61,544 nucleotides of DNA from positions 1 through 61,544 of the forward strand of contig JADINC010000023.1 in NCBI GenBank assembly GCA_017694255.1, read 5' to 3'. A program made the translations under genes and the position numbers. The notes beneath the pieces were generated by a model. The model was given only the letters and a program-made list of their open reading frames with translations. It was not told the origin of the DNA and did no database searches. Numbering within the stretch: the stretch's first letter is position 1; each line of letters opens with the position of its first letter. The DNA comes from Candidatus Enterousia avistercoris. Its GTDB lineage: Bacteria > Pseudomonadota > Alphaproteobacteria > Rs-D84. Of the stretch, positions 17,501-26,271 are shown piece after piece.

Positions 17501-18208
17501 ATGTTCAGAACAATTATATTTAAAATCTTGCTGGCTTTATATTTTGTATTATGGTCGCCAATATTACTGGTTGGCCTGGTATCTGACCGCGTAAACAGAT
17601 TTTTTGTTTTATCGTGCGCATCTGGGGTTCTGGTTTTGGTGCGTATTATTGCTGGGATTAAATACGTTATTCACTATCCCGCAACCGAAGAAAACGGTAT
17701 TCCCGCCACACCAAACGAAAACCTGCGCGTAGATGGCAAATCTATAATTGCGGCGAAACACATGTCTATCCTAGAGGTTGCAATTCTGTCCACCCATGTA
17801 AAGAATTCATTTTTTATTGTAAAGCGTGAATTATTGTGGATACCAATTTACGGCTGGGCATTTTGGCGCATGGGATTGCAGCCTGTAAATCGTGCCCGTG
17901 GCGCAACAAACATGCAAAAATTAACACACGCTGTTGAGTGCAAAATACGCGACGGCAAAACGCTGATAATTTTTCCCGAAGGAACACGTGCCAAACCCGG
18001 CACACACATTCCACTGCGTCGTGGTCTGTTGTTTTTGGCGCACCAATTAAAGTTGCCAATAACACCGGTCGGCACAGACAGTGGTCTGTATTGGCCGAAA
18101 CACGGCAAAATGCACAGTGGTACTGCAAATGTATGGTTTGAACCATTATTACCATGCAACGCATCGCTGGATGAAATCAGCGCGGCAATAAATCGACACA
18201 GCGCATAG
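17501..18208 (+). CDS. plsC: 1-acyl-sn-glycerol-3-phosphate acyltransferase (PlsC family)
   Basis: AAKHMSILE (a variant of the HX4D block) and IIFPEGTR motifs. Start taken at the ATG behind GAAGGA. Confidence 0.7.
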   Translation: MFRTIIFKILLALYFVLWSPILLVGLVSDRVNRFFVLSCASGVLVLVRIIAGIKYVIHYPATEENGIPATPNENLRVDGKSIIAAKHMSILEVAILSTHVKNSFFIVKRELLWIPIYGWAFWRMGLQPVNRARGATNMQKLTHAVECKIRDGKTLIIFPEGTRAKPGTHIPLRRGLLFLAHQLKLPITPVGTDSGLYWPKHGKMHSGTANVWFEPLLPCNASLDEISAAINRHSA

Positions 18209-18217
18209 AAAAAAATA

Positions 18218-18236
18218 AAATGGGCATATTGCCCAT
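18218..18236. terminator. Bidirectional terminator hairpin between plsC and the nuclease gene
   Basis: aatgggca-tat-tgcccatt, flanked by an A-run and a T-run. Confidence 0.7.
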
Positions 18237-18239
18237 TTT

Positions 18240-18677
18240 TTATTTACACCACGAACCACGCCGTCCGCCATCATATGGCCGCCCCAGTTTTTCATTTATT
18301 AAAATCCGGCCAATATCACGCCCATCTGGACCAAACACACGTGCATCAATACGTCCCAAATATTTATCATCACGAATTTCACCCAGTTCTATGTTTGTAC
18401 CAATTGGGATTAATTGGGCCAAACGTGCCTGGGCCAATTTTGCCATATTTATTTCATAATCACATTGTCCATGCAGTTCTGGGGTATCAACATTAGCAAT
18501 ACGTACACGCACGGTTATAAATATATCAGGTTCCAGATTAACCCGTGCTGCAAACGTATCGCCATCAATAATATAATCAACCACCGCCGGCACAGCAACC
18601 ACAGTTCCCGGCAAAGTAAAAAATAAAATTGCGGCGCAGATACGCCGCAATAAGTCTATGGCAGTTTTGGCGACCAT
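18240..18677 (-). CDS. Secreted thermonuclease (SNase-like) family protein
   Basis: N-terminal hydrophobic signal. Contains VVDYIIDGDTFAARV...VRIANVDTPEL...DKYLGRIDARV, the staphylococcal-nuclease-fold pattern. Confidence 0.75.
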   Translation of the reverse strand: MVAKTAIDLLRRICAAILFFTLPGTVVAVPAVVDYIIDGDTFAARVNLEPDIFITVRVRIANVDTPELHGQCDYEINMAKLAQARLAQLIPIGTNIELGEIRDDKYLGRIDARVFGPDGRDIGRILINEKLGRPYDGGRRGSWCK

Positions 18678-19972
18678 GTTGGTTCGACACCATTTATTTC
18701 ATCAGGCAATTCGATTTCATATATATTTTGCCCTGTGATATCAACACTGCGGATATGACTAATACGTTCCAGATCGTCAAACGCCTTTTCTGTTTCATAG
18801 TAAACAACGCGGCGCGATCCCGGTGCCCAAGACGGGGCCTCCATATACCAACCGCCCGCCAGTATTTTTTCATTTCGGCCCTGTGGTGTCATTATACCGA
18901 TATAAAACGTATCATCAGCAATCTTGGTAAACGCGATAAACTGGCCGTCTGGGGACCATGCTGGTGTTGCATAGCGCCCTGCCCCATATGTTATACGTTC
19001 AACATCGCCAGTTTCCAGGTCCAGCACATAAATCTGCTGATTACCACTGCGATCTGAATTAAACGCCATTTTTTTCCCATCTGGCGAATAAGACGGACTG
19101 GTATTCAACGAATTACCAAATGTCAATTGGCGCAATTTTTTTGTATCTATATCATATTCATATATATGCGAAATACCGCGCTTTACCATAGACAATGCAA
19201 TTTTTTTACCATCCGGCGAAAACCGTGGTGCATATGTCATACCTTCAAAGTTGCCTAATTTTCTCTGGGCCCCTGTATTTAAATCCAGCGTCCAAACCGA
19301 CGGATCATCATTATAGTACGACAAGAACACAATTGTCTGCATATTCGGCGAAAAATGTGGCGACATAACAAAATCATCTGGGGTCGACAAATACCGCATA
19401 CCATATCCATCCTGGTCCATAATTGCCATGCGTTTATTTCTGTTATCTATGGGTCCTGTTTCTGCGATAAAAACGATTTGAGTATCGAAATATCCAACCT
19501 CTCCGGTCAAGCGTTCATAAATTGCATCTGCCATATTATGTGCCAACCGTCGCGCTGATTTTTGGGATGCGACCAAATCTTGGGCCTCTATCTGTTCACG
19601 TCCCCCAACATCCCAAACATAGAATTCCAAACTATACCGATTCCCAGACATTTTGGTTAATTTAGATTGAACCAGCACCTGGGCCTTGATTGCGTCCCAT
19701 AATTTAAAGTCCGGCATTTTTCCCATTTCCACAAATTCCGGCAACGCATCACGCGAAACTATGCGAAACAATCCCGTAGACTTTAAATCTGCATCCACAA
19801 CATCGCGAACCATTTCTGCGACATCTTTTGGGATATTACCAACAACTTCTATTTTCTGTATTGCGACCGATATCGGTTCAACCGCACCCGCGATAATATC
19901 AACCTTTAACTCTGCATGTGCAGGCATAAAAAAGGCCACTGCAAACAAAAACACAATCATTTTTTTTAACAT
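18656..19972 (-). CDS. tolB: Tol-Pal system beta-propeller protein TolB
   Basis: Signal peptide, TolB N-domain and repeated P.(F/W)SPDG..(I/L)AF propeller blades. Start taken at the ATG 8 nt after AAAGGA. Confidence 0.9.
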   Translation of the reverse strand: MLKKMIVFLFAVAFFMPAHAELKVDIIAGAVEPISVAIQKIEVVGNIPKDVAEMVRDVVDADLKSTGLFRIVSRDALPEFVEMGKMPDFKLWDAIKAQVLVQSKLTKMSGNRYSLEFYVWDVGGREQIEAQDLVASQKSARRLAHNMADAIYERLTGEVGYFDTQIVFIAETGPIDNRNKRMAIMDQDGYGMRYLSTPDDFVMSPHFSPNMQTIVFLSYYNDDPSVWTLDLNTGAQRKLGNFEGMTYAPRFSPDGKKIALSMVKRGISHIYEYDIDTKKLRQLTFGNSLNTSPSYSPDGKKMAFNSDRSGNQQIYVLDLETGDVERITYGAGRYATPAWSPDGQFIAFTKIADDTFYIGIMTPQGRNEKILAGGWYMEAPSWAPGSRRVVYYETEKAFDDLERISHIRSVDITGQNIYEIELPDEINGVEPTWSPKLP

Positions 19973-20128
19973 ATTGAAAATCCTTTCCAAAACTATACCA
20001 GCAATTTTATATACATATTTTTAAAAAAGCAAGAATTCCAACGCCCCATTACACGCAACACAAACATATTTACACACGCCATCACACCAGTATTTACCGC
20101 CGTGTTTACAGTCGCAATTACATTTGTA

Positions 20129-20156
20129 TTGACAAACGTCAACACAATGATATAGT
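20129..20156 (+). promoter_or_regulatory. Sigma70-like promoter upstream of the RHH/DinD-like pair
   Basis: TTGACA-N16-TATAGT, about 45 nt upstream of the AGGAG-preceded ATG at 20202. Confidence 0.5.
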
Positions 20157-20201
20157 CTGTTGTAAAGACGGCGGTATTGCCAACGGTATAGGAGTTTGTG
20201 T

Positions 20202-20426
20202 ATGCCAAATGTGATGCAGCAATTGTTCGTAATGAACATGGAAACATTGTTAAAAGAATACGCGGCATATCGCGCGTTTAACAAATCCGACCGCGTTATA
20301 AATATGCGCATTCCACATCAAATACTGGAACGAATCAAAGAACTGGCGGACCAGCAACATGTTCCATACCAACTGCTGATATCATCAGTATTATTTTCAT
20401 TGGCAAATATCGAAGAACAGAAATAA
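20202..20426 (+). CDS. Ribbon-helix-helix (CopG/BrnA-like antitoxin-type) protein
   Basis: VINMRIPHQILERIKELADQQHVPYQLLISSVL matches the BrnA/COG5304-type pattern (..R.P...l..ik..A...g.pYQ.LI). RBS AGGAG. Confidence 0.55.
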   Translation: MPNVMQQLFVMNMETLLKEYAAYRAFNKSDRVINMRIPHQILERIKELADQQHVPYQLLISSVLFSLANIEEQK

Positions 20427-20440
20427 TAAAAGACCACACA

Positions 20441-21346
20441 ATGAACTTGTCTAATTTACAATATTCATTTGATTATCTGGAACAGCACAAACATCAAACC
20501 CCAAAATCCCCCAGAAATAATTTTTGGAATTTTTCAGATTTATACAATCTGTTGGGTGCACCCTGTATGGGGCATGCACAAAATTTACGCGCGACAATGC
20601 TGGGTGCTGTAAATTTTAAATCATTTGACATCGCATTAAAACACAGCCCATCTGCCCCCAAGGATACAAACTTTTGGAATTTTTTTGAAGACCACGTCCA
20701 GATTTCATATGCCACATATACAATATACGACAAATTTAATCACCCCACCCAGCGCATACGCCCAGACGCGAAACTCAGCCGATACGCATGCTGGTCATTA
20801 ATGAATCAATTTCCTACAATGATATTTTTCCAATTATACTTTTTAATGCCTGGATCAGATTTTTCAGAAATATATCGTCAAAAATATAAAATGTCGCGCA
20901 TATATCTGCGCAATGATTTACAGAAATACAAAAAACATGCAATAAATATCGCAATATCAAAAAACGTCGACCCATCCGAACTGGACCAGATTATAAACAA
21001 AACATTTTTTGCGGATGCCCCAAACGAAATAAATCACAACACCGCACCAGTATTATACACCCCAGATTTATTAATAAACTATATGGGGCCACGTTCACTG
21101 GCGGCATTAAAAAGCGCCCTGTGTCGTGCCACCAGCGAATATGCCAACAACCCTGAAACAGACTTTTCAAAATTTGAACAAATCTTGGAATACGAATTAA
21201 CATCGCGTCGCGAACACATGATAGCCAACCTGAACAAACCCCCTGCCCAAGACATTACCCAATTACATATAAATAAAATTTATGCAGAATTCAAAAAATT
21301 AAAAGCCGCATTTATTGAACAATACGCATTTCAAAAATTGCAATAA
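20441..21346 (+). CDS. DinD-like (DNA-damage-inducible protein D family) protein
   Basis: The blocks KLSRYACW, RIYLRNDLQKYKKH and NYMGPRSLAALKSALCRATSE align by eye with E. coli DinD (LSRYACY, RLFLRNELKEHNKQ, DHMGSTELAANLFRATQTE). Confidence 0.5.
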   Translation: MNLSNLQYSFDYLEQHKHQTPKSPRNNFWNFSDLYNLLGAPCMGHAQNLRATMLGAVNFKSFDIALKHSPSAPKDTNFWNFFEDHVQISYATYTIYDKFNHPTQRIRPDAKLSRYACWSLMNQFPTMIFFQLYFLMPGSDFSEIYRQKYKMSRIYLRNDLQKYKKHAINIAISKNVDPSELDQIINKTFFADAPNEINHNTAPVLYTPDLLINYMGPRSLAALKSALCRATSEYANNPETDFSKFEQILEYELTSRREHMIANLNKPPAQDITQLHINKIYAEFKKLKAAFIEQYAFQKLQ

Positions 21347-21351
21347 AAATC

Positions 21352-21379
21352 CCGGCGACCAATTGGTCGCCGGTTTTAT
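21352..21379 (+). terminator. Rho-independent terminator
   Basis: ccggcgacc-aatt-ggtcgccgg (9-bp stem) followed by TTTTAT. Confidence 0.8.
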
Positions 21380-21390
21380 CCGTCATCCAA

Positions 21391-21771
21391 TTACCAATTT
21401 GTAATTAAGTCTGAACACCCTATTAATGCCAATCCATTATTCGTAAACAAGAATACTTGTAACACAACACCAATTTCAAACAACAATACAAATCCAACCA
21501 GCATGCCTGTACCCTTCTTTTTCAAGTCTTCTAAATTCATATCGCCTGGTTTACTAATATATCCCCATGCCCATCCGGCAATAATAAATGCGGCACCAAC
21601 AAACGCCAATGTACGCAATATTTTAAACACATCATACATTTGACCAATCAACCCACATAGGCCTTCGGCATTAATTCCGCCCGCCGCCGCGGCCGCTGCC
21701 AATGCCGGCATTGACGCACCCGCCATAATAACCGCACCTGCAAAACCAATCTTTTTTAATAATCCCTTCAT
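21391..21771 (-). CDS. Small membrane protein with TrbC/VirB2 (T4SS pilin)-like architecture
   Basis: Long signal peptide ending PALAAAAAAGG. Two hydrophobic helices (LRTLAFVGAAFIIAGWAWGYI and GMLVGFVLLFEIGVVLQVF) are separated by a short charged loop. Confidence 0.4.
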   Translation of the reverse strand: MKGLLKKIGFAGAVIMAGASMPALAAAAAAGGINAEGLCGLIGQMYDVFKILRTLAFVGAAFIIAGWAWGYISKPGDMNLEDLKKKGTGMLVGFVLLFEIGVVLQVFLFTNNGLALIGCSDLITNW

Positions 21772-21842
21772 AGAAATCCCCTTTCATCCTTTTCCATAAT
21801 TCTATCATAAAAAAACAATCCGTTCAAGCATGAACCCCACAT

Positions 21843-21874
21843 AAAAAAACACGGCGACGCCCGTTGGCATCGCC
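21843..21874 (-). terminator. Terminator hairpin after the lipoprotein gene
   Basis: ggcgacgcc-cgtt-ggcatcgcc (one mismatch), with A- and T-runs on both sides. Confidence 0.6.
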
Positions 21875-21899
21875 ATAATTTTTTTCCATGCAAAATTAA

Positions 21900-22271
21900 T
21901 TACATGGCGGAAACGATAACATATCTGCGTTTTAATACCGGGGTATTATCACATGAATTGCATTTGTTGCATGCGCCACATGTTGATACTTCCTGGGCGG
22001 CCGGCGCCAAAACCTGGCGTTCGTTACGCATTGGTGTACCAAAAGTATCACGCGCATATAAATCTTCACAGCGTGTATTGCGATATACTATCTTCTTGCT
22101 TTCGTCCATCCCACCTACGTATTTAGAAAAATTATTTGCATATTCACCGGCATAGTAAATACAATCCTGGCCATCTTGGGTATATCTGACGCCACCCTTG
22201 TAATAATCATAGTACGCACCGCACCCCGCCAAACCGACCAAAGCAATCAAAGAAACCAAAATTTTTTTCAT
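21900..22271 (-). CDS. Hypothetical lipoprotein (Cys-rich C-terminus)
   Basis: Lipobox LVGLAGC after MKKILVSLIA. No recognised domain. Confidence 0.55.
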   Translation of the reverse strand: MKKILVSLIALVGLAGCGAYYDYYKGGVRYTQDGQDCIYYAGEYANNFSKYVGGMDESKKIVYRNTRCEDLYARDTFGTPMRNERQVLAPAAQEVSTCGACNKCNSCDNTPVLKRRYVIVSAM

Positions 22272-22445
22272 GTTATCCATCCTTTTTAAATCTCTATCCG
22301 TTCTCTGCCACGCTCCCCGATTCGTTATTCAAATTGTCGCACAAATATTTTTGTTGTCAAGTTTTAATAAAAACATTCCCACAATTAATTCCCCCCAACA
22401 AAAAATTAATATGGTATAATTTTCACTAAACCAAAGGGGAAAAAT

Positions 22446-23390
22446 ATGGACTATAAAGATTTCGGCCTGGTCAACACCAAACAAATGTTTGCCAATGCCG
22501 CTGCAGGGCATTATGCGATTCCTGCATTTAATTTCTATAACATGGAAACACTGGGGGCAATTATATCTGCGGCCCGCGACACACACAGTCCGGTAATTTT
22601 GGCGGTATCTGAATCTGCATTAAAATATATGGGACCAGAATTACTGATGGGCATGATTTGGGGATTAAATTTGCGCCCAGAACATGGTGTTGCATTGCAC
22701 TTGGATCACGGTTCTTCTTTTGATGCGTGCGTAAACGCAATAAAACTGGGCTTTTCCAGCGTTATGATTGACGGTTCAAAATTACCATTTGATGCGAACG
22801 TGGATCTGGCGCGCACTGTTGCCGAATATGCACACAAATATAATGTTTCTGTCGAAGCGGAACTGGGTACCCTGTCGGGAATCGAAGACGAAAACACACA
22901 CGGCACCGAATCCAGCTATACCAATCCAGACGATGTTGTAAATTTTGTAAATGCAACAAATATTGATTCGCTGGCAATTGCAATCGGCACCAGTCATGGC
23001 GCATACAAACGCAAATCAGACAACGAAGAATTGCGCTTCGATATTTTACAAAAAATCGCCAACCAATTGCCTGATTTTCCATTGGTATTACATGGCGCAT
23101 CCAGTATTCCTGAAAAATATGTAAAAACAATTAATGAATACGGCGGAAAAATGTCCAACGCCCGCGGAATCCCAGCACAACAATTACGTCGTGCGGTTGA
23201 AATGAATATATGTAAAATAAATGTCGACAGTGATTCACGCCTGGCATTTACCGCGGGTGTACGCAAAACACTATTTGACACGCCATCTGGATTCAACCCG
23301 CGCGATTACCTGGGCGCCGGCAAACAAAACATTTACGACAATTGCGTTGATGAAATAAAAAATATCATGGGATCAAATAATCAGATTTAA
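22446..23390 (+). CDS. fba: Class II fructose-bisphosphate aldolase
   Basis: PVILAVSE, HLDHGSSFD, VMIDGS, SVEAELG, IGTSHGAYK and LVLHGASS motifs. Confidence 0.9.
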   Translation: MDYKDFGLVNTKQMFANAAAGHYAIPAFNFYNMETLGAIISAARDTHSPVILAVSESALKYMGPELLMGMIWGLNLRPEHGVALHLDHGSSFDACVNAIKLGFSSVMIDGSKLPFDANVDLARTVAEYAHKYNVSVEAELGTLSGIEDENTHGTESSYTNPDDVVNFVNATNIDSLAIAIGTSHGAYKRKSDNEELRFDILQKIANQLPDFPLVLHGASSIPEKYVKTINEYGGKMSNARGIPAQQLRRAVEMNICKINVDSDSRLAFTAGVRKTLFDTPSGFNPRDYLGAGKQNIYDNCVDEIKNIMGSNNQI

Positions 23391-23397
23391 TATAAAA

Positions 23398-23622
23398 AAT
23401 AAAATAAATTAGAACGGTATAGATGCGAAGATTAGCGGGTGTGAAGTGTACCGCTGTACAAAAATAAATTAGAATGATATAGATGCCGGCAAAAAATTTG
23501 CGTAGTGTATAAAAAATAAATTAGAACGGTATAGATGCAAAGATTGTCGGGTGTGAAGTGTACCGCTGTACAAAAATAAATTAGAATGATATAGATGCCG
23601 GCAAAAAATTTGCGTAGTGTAT
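23398..23622. repeat. Tandem direct repeat, 2 x 112 bp, each containing two ~26-bp sub-repeats
   Basis: taaattagaacggtatagatgc... starts at 23405 and again at 23517 (3 mismatches noted). The sub-repeat aaaataaattagaaNgNtatagatgc occurs four times, with starts spaced 60, 52 and 60 bp apart. Confidence 0.9.
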
Positions 23623-23653
23623 TAAACATACATGAGCAAATTTTTTGCCGGCA
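23596..23653. terminator. Perfect 18-bp inverted repeat (large hairpin) between convergent fba and efp
   Basis: tgccggcaaaaaatttgc (23596..23613) pairs with gcaaattttttgccggca (23636..23653). The left arm belongs to repeat copy 2, and a third arm lies in copy 1. Confidence 0.55.
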
Positions 23654-23679
23654 GATATGTTATTATAATTTATTTTTAT

Positions 23680-24249
23680 TTATTTTGCGCGTTCAACGTA
23701 TTCCAAGGTCTCAGTATTTACCACTATCTTTTCACCCTGTTCAATAAATAACGGGACCTGGACACGAACGCCATTATCCAAAATTGCTGGTTTACCACCA
23801 CTGTTGGAAACAGTCTGGCCCTTTAATGCAGGTTCTGTTTCTTCAACCGTTGCAACAACAGTTTTTGGCAATGAAACAGATACAGGTTGACCTTCGACAA
23901 AATTGACTTTGACTGTCATTTCCGGGGCCAAGAATTTCATTTGTTCACCCAATGATTGGGCAGATACAGTGAATTGTTCATACGTATCCAAATTCATAAA
24001 ATACGCATCTGTGCCGTCCGAATACAGATATTGGCATTCAATATCTTCGACCATTAATTTTTCAACCTTGTCTTCGGCACGCCAACGATTATTATCTTTG
24101 TTTCCCGAATCAATATCGCGCAAGTCCGCCTGAACAAACGCACCGCCCTTGCCCGGTTTTACCTTGGTAATCGACATAACGGAATAACGTTTACCGTTAT
24201 ATGAAATCACCCAACCTACACGCATATCATTTGCAATATAAGACGCCAT
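23680..24249 (-). CDS. efp: Elongation factor P
   Basis: Typical EF-P N-terminus (ND(M/L)R.G..I...G) with KPGKGGAFV, and three-domain length (189 aa). Confidence 0.95.
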   Translation of the reverse strand: MASYIANDMRVGWVISYNGKRYSVMSITKVKPGKGGAFVQADLRDIDSGNKDNNRWRAEDKVEKLMVEDIECQYLYSDGTDAYFMNLDTYEQFTVSAQSLGEQMKFLAPEMTVKVNFVEGQPVSVSLPKTVVATVEETEPALKGQTVSNSGGKPAILDNGVRVQVPLFIEQGEKIVVNTETLEYVERAK

Positions 24250-24309
24250 ATTTAATACCCCTTTATTTTTTCACAATTATAAAAACGCCACCGCGCCCGC
24301 GCAAGTTAT

Positions 24310-24855
24310 TTATTGCGCGGCCCGCTTATGCGCCCAATATCTATCGATACTGTCCATAATTAATTTATCTGCGGTTTCACGATCAGCCCAGCCCTTGACC
24401 CGCGACCAAGAATTTGGCTGTAAATCTTTATAGTGTTGGAAAAAATATTCTATTTTTGCGCGCAATATTTCTGGCAATTGTTCAATAAATTTGGTCTTGG
24501 TATAGAACGGATCAATATTATCCAATGGCACACAAATAATTTTTTCATCACCACCGGCCTGGTCTTCCATCAGCAACGCCCCAATTGGCCGCACTTCAAT
24601 TAACACACCCGGATGCAACGGCGAATTACATACAACAACACAATCCAACGGATCGCCATCATCCCCCAGTGTTCCAGGAAAATAACCATAGTTTGCTGGA
24701 TACGCCATTGGCGTATGCAAAATTCTGTCCACCCGCAACAGCCCCGTTTCTTTATTAATTTCGTACTTTACATGTCCATTTTCTGGGACCTCTATAATTG
24801 CGTTCATTTTTTTAGGCGGCTCTTTGCCTGGCACAATTTCTTCTATTGACGTCAT
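24310..24855 (-). CDS. ppa: Inorganic pyrophosphatase (family I)
   Basis: IIEVPENGHVKYEINKETGLLRVDRIL...YPANYGYFPGTLGDDGDPLDCVV. The start is ambiguous between ATG 24861 and ATG 24855; 24855 was chosen for its spacing to AAGGGA. Confidence 0.9.
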   Translation of the reverse strand: MTSIEEIVPGKEPPKKMNAIIEVPENGHVKYEINKETGLLRVDRILHTPMAYPANYGYFPGTLGDDGDPLDCVVVCNSPLHPGVLIEVRPIGALLMEDQAGGDEKIICVPLDNIDPFYTKTKFIEQLPEILRAKIEYFFQHYKDLQPNSWSRVKGWADRETADKLIMDSIDRYWAHKRAAQ

Positions 24856-24925
24856 AATCATAATCCCTTTTTTTGCTGGCGGGAATGTTATCATAAAAAA
24901 TCAGATTTGCAATACGAATCGAACA

Positions 24926-24950
24926 TAAAAAATCCCGCACATGCGGGATT
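24926..24950 (-). terminator. Rho-independent terminator after dnaN
   Basis: aatcccgc-acat-gcgggatt with a T-run on the minus strand. Confidence 0.75.
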
Positions 24951-24983
24951 TTATTTATTTCCACACCCCACAGATAACAACAA

Positions 24984-26102
24984 CTACATACGCATCGGCA
25001 TTAAAACAAACAATGCATCAGTATTTTTATCTGTCGATTTTATAATCGTGGGCGATAATGGGTCCTGCATTTCCATCTGGAATTTTTCGCCTTCGACCTG
25101 GGATGCAACATCCATCAAGAATTTAACATTAAATACAACGGTAAATGCACTGTCGCCATTGTATTCTATGTCTAATTCCTGGGTTGCCGTCCCTGCATCT
25201 GGACTGGACGCATTCACCACCAATTTATTCATAGAAAAAGTTAACTGGACCGACTTTGTTTTATCGACACTGGCCACAGATACCAAATCCACCGCATTCA
25301 AAAATTGTTTTCTGTCCAAAACCGCGATTTTATCATTACCCTTTGGTATAACGACGCGATAATTCGGATATTGTGCATCAACCAATTTACTGGTCAACGT
25401 CGCCGCCCCCACGGTAAAGCGCGCCTTGGTATCAGACAATTCAACCGTTACATCATCAACCGTCGCATCTTCTAGCAATTTAGACAATTCACCAATCACA
25501 CGACGTGGCAAAATAACAGACGGCATTTCCACACTGCCCACTGGGGCCGGCATTGCACACAACGCCATACGCTGGGCATCTGTTGCGACCGCCGTCAGCA
25601 TTTTTTCTTTATCTTCATCAGATATATGGAAATAGATACCCCCCAAATGATATCGAACGTCATCTGTTGGAATTGCAAATTTAGTCTGGTTAATCAAATG
25701 TGCCAAATCACCAGTAGTCATCTGGAACTTAGTAGTTAAATTGCTGCCCGCCATGGCCGGGAAATTTTCTGCCGGCAACGTCGGCAACCGAAATACTGCG
25801 CGCCCACTGGATACAACCAATTGATCACCCGCCTGTTTAAAGCTGATTTCTGCATCATCAGGCAATTTACGAACAATATCATACAACATCTGGACCGGCA
25901 CAGTTGTTTTTCCGCCCAGTGTAATATCTGCCGCGACATGTTCTACTAATTCCAAATCTACATTTGTCGCAGATAATATTAAATCATCTGCCACTTCCAA
26001 TTTTACATTCATCAATATCGGCAACGTCGCGCGTTTTTCCACAATAGACTGCATATGTCCCAGCGCACGAATCAAAACCTGACGAAACACCGAAAATTCC
26101 AT
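24984..26102 (-). CDS. dnaN: DNA polymerase III beta sliding clamp
   Basis: 372 aa. N-terminus MEFSV.R..L...L...Q..VEKR.TLPIL.NV and C-terminal MPMRM are typical of DnaN. Confidence 0.95.
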   Translation of the reverse strand: MEFSVFRQVLIRALGHMQSIVEKRATLPILMNVKLEVADDLILSATNVDLELVEHVAADITLGGKTTVPVQMLYDIVRKLPDDAEISFKQAGDQLVVSSGRAVFRLPTLPAENFPAMAGSNLTTKFQMTTGDLAHLINQTKFAIPTDDVRYHLGGIYFHISDEDKEKMLTAVATDAQRMALCAMPAPVGSVEMPSVILPRRVIGELSKLLEDATVDDVTVELSDTKARFTVGAATLTSKLVDAQYPNYRVVIPKGNDKIAVLDRKQFLNAVDLVSVASVDKTKSVQLTFSMNKLVVNASSPDAGTATQELDIEYNGDSAFTVVFNVKFLMDVASQVEGEKFQMEMQDPLSPTIIKSTDKNTDALFVLMPMRM

Positions 26103-26237
26103 TATATGCTCCTGTTTATAAATACATTCAACCCTACATTCTTTTAATTCAGTTTACCAAAAAATCCCGATTCGGCGCAAGGACAAATCCCATATATTTT
26201 TCATACACTATACACAAATTTAGTACAACAAAAAAAA

Positions 26238-26256
26238 CACCGTCAAACGACGGCAT
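26238..26256 (-). terminator. Weak terminator hairpin after cdaA
   Basis: ccgtc-aaac-gacgg flanked by an A-run and a T-run. The stem is only 5 bp. Confidence 0.4.
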
Positions 26257-26271
26257 TTTTTATCATTCAAA

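Noticed and set aside
19993-20311. Cys-rich minus-strand ORFs (20021..20311 and 19993..20268) between tolB and the RHH gene
   Set aside because: They overlap the strong plus-strand promoter and the start of the RHH gene, lack an RBS, and look like chance ORFs in an intergenic region.
20202-20426. Complete BrnT/BrnA toxin-antitoxin pair
   Set aside because: No DUF497/BrnT-like ORF lies upstream or downstream, so only the RHH partner is present.
23398-23622. Possible mini-CRISPR (four 26-nt direct repeats with 26-34-nt spacers)
   Set aside because: The spacers occur in two identical pairs because the whole 112-bp block is tandemly duplicated, and there are no cas genes.
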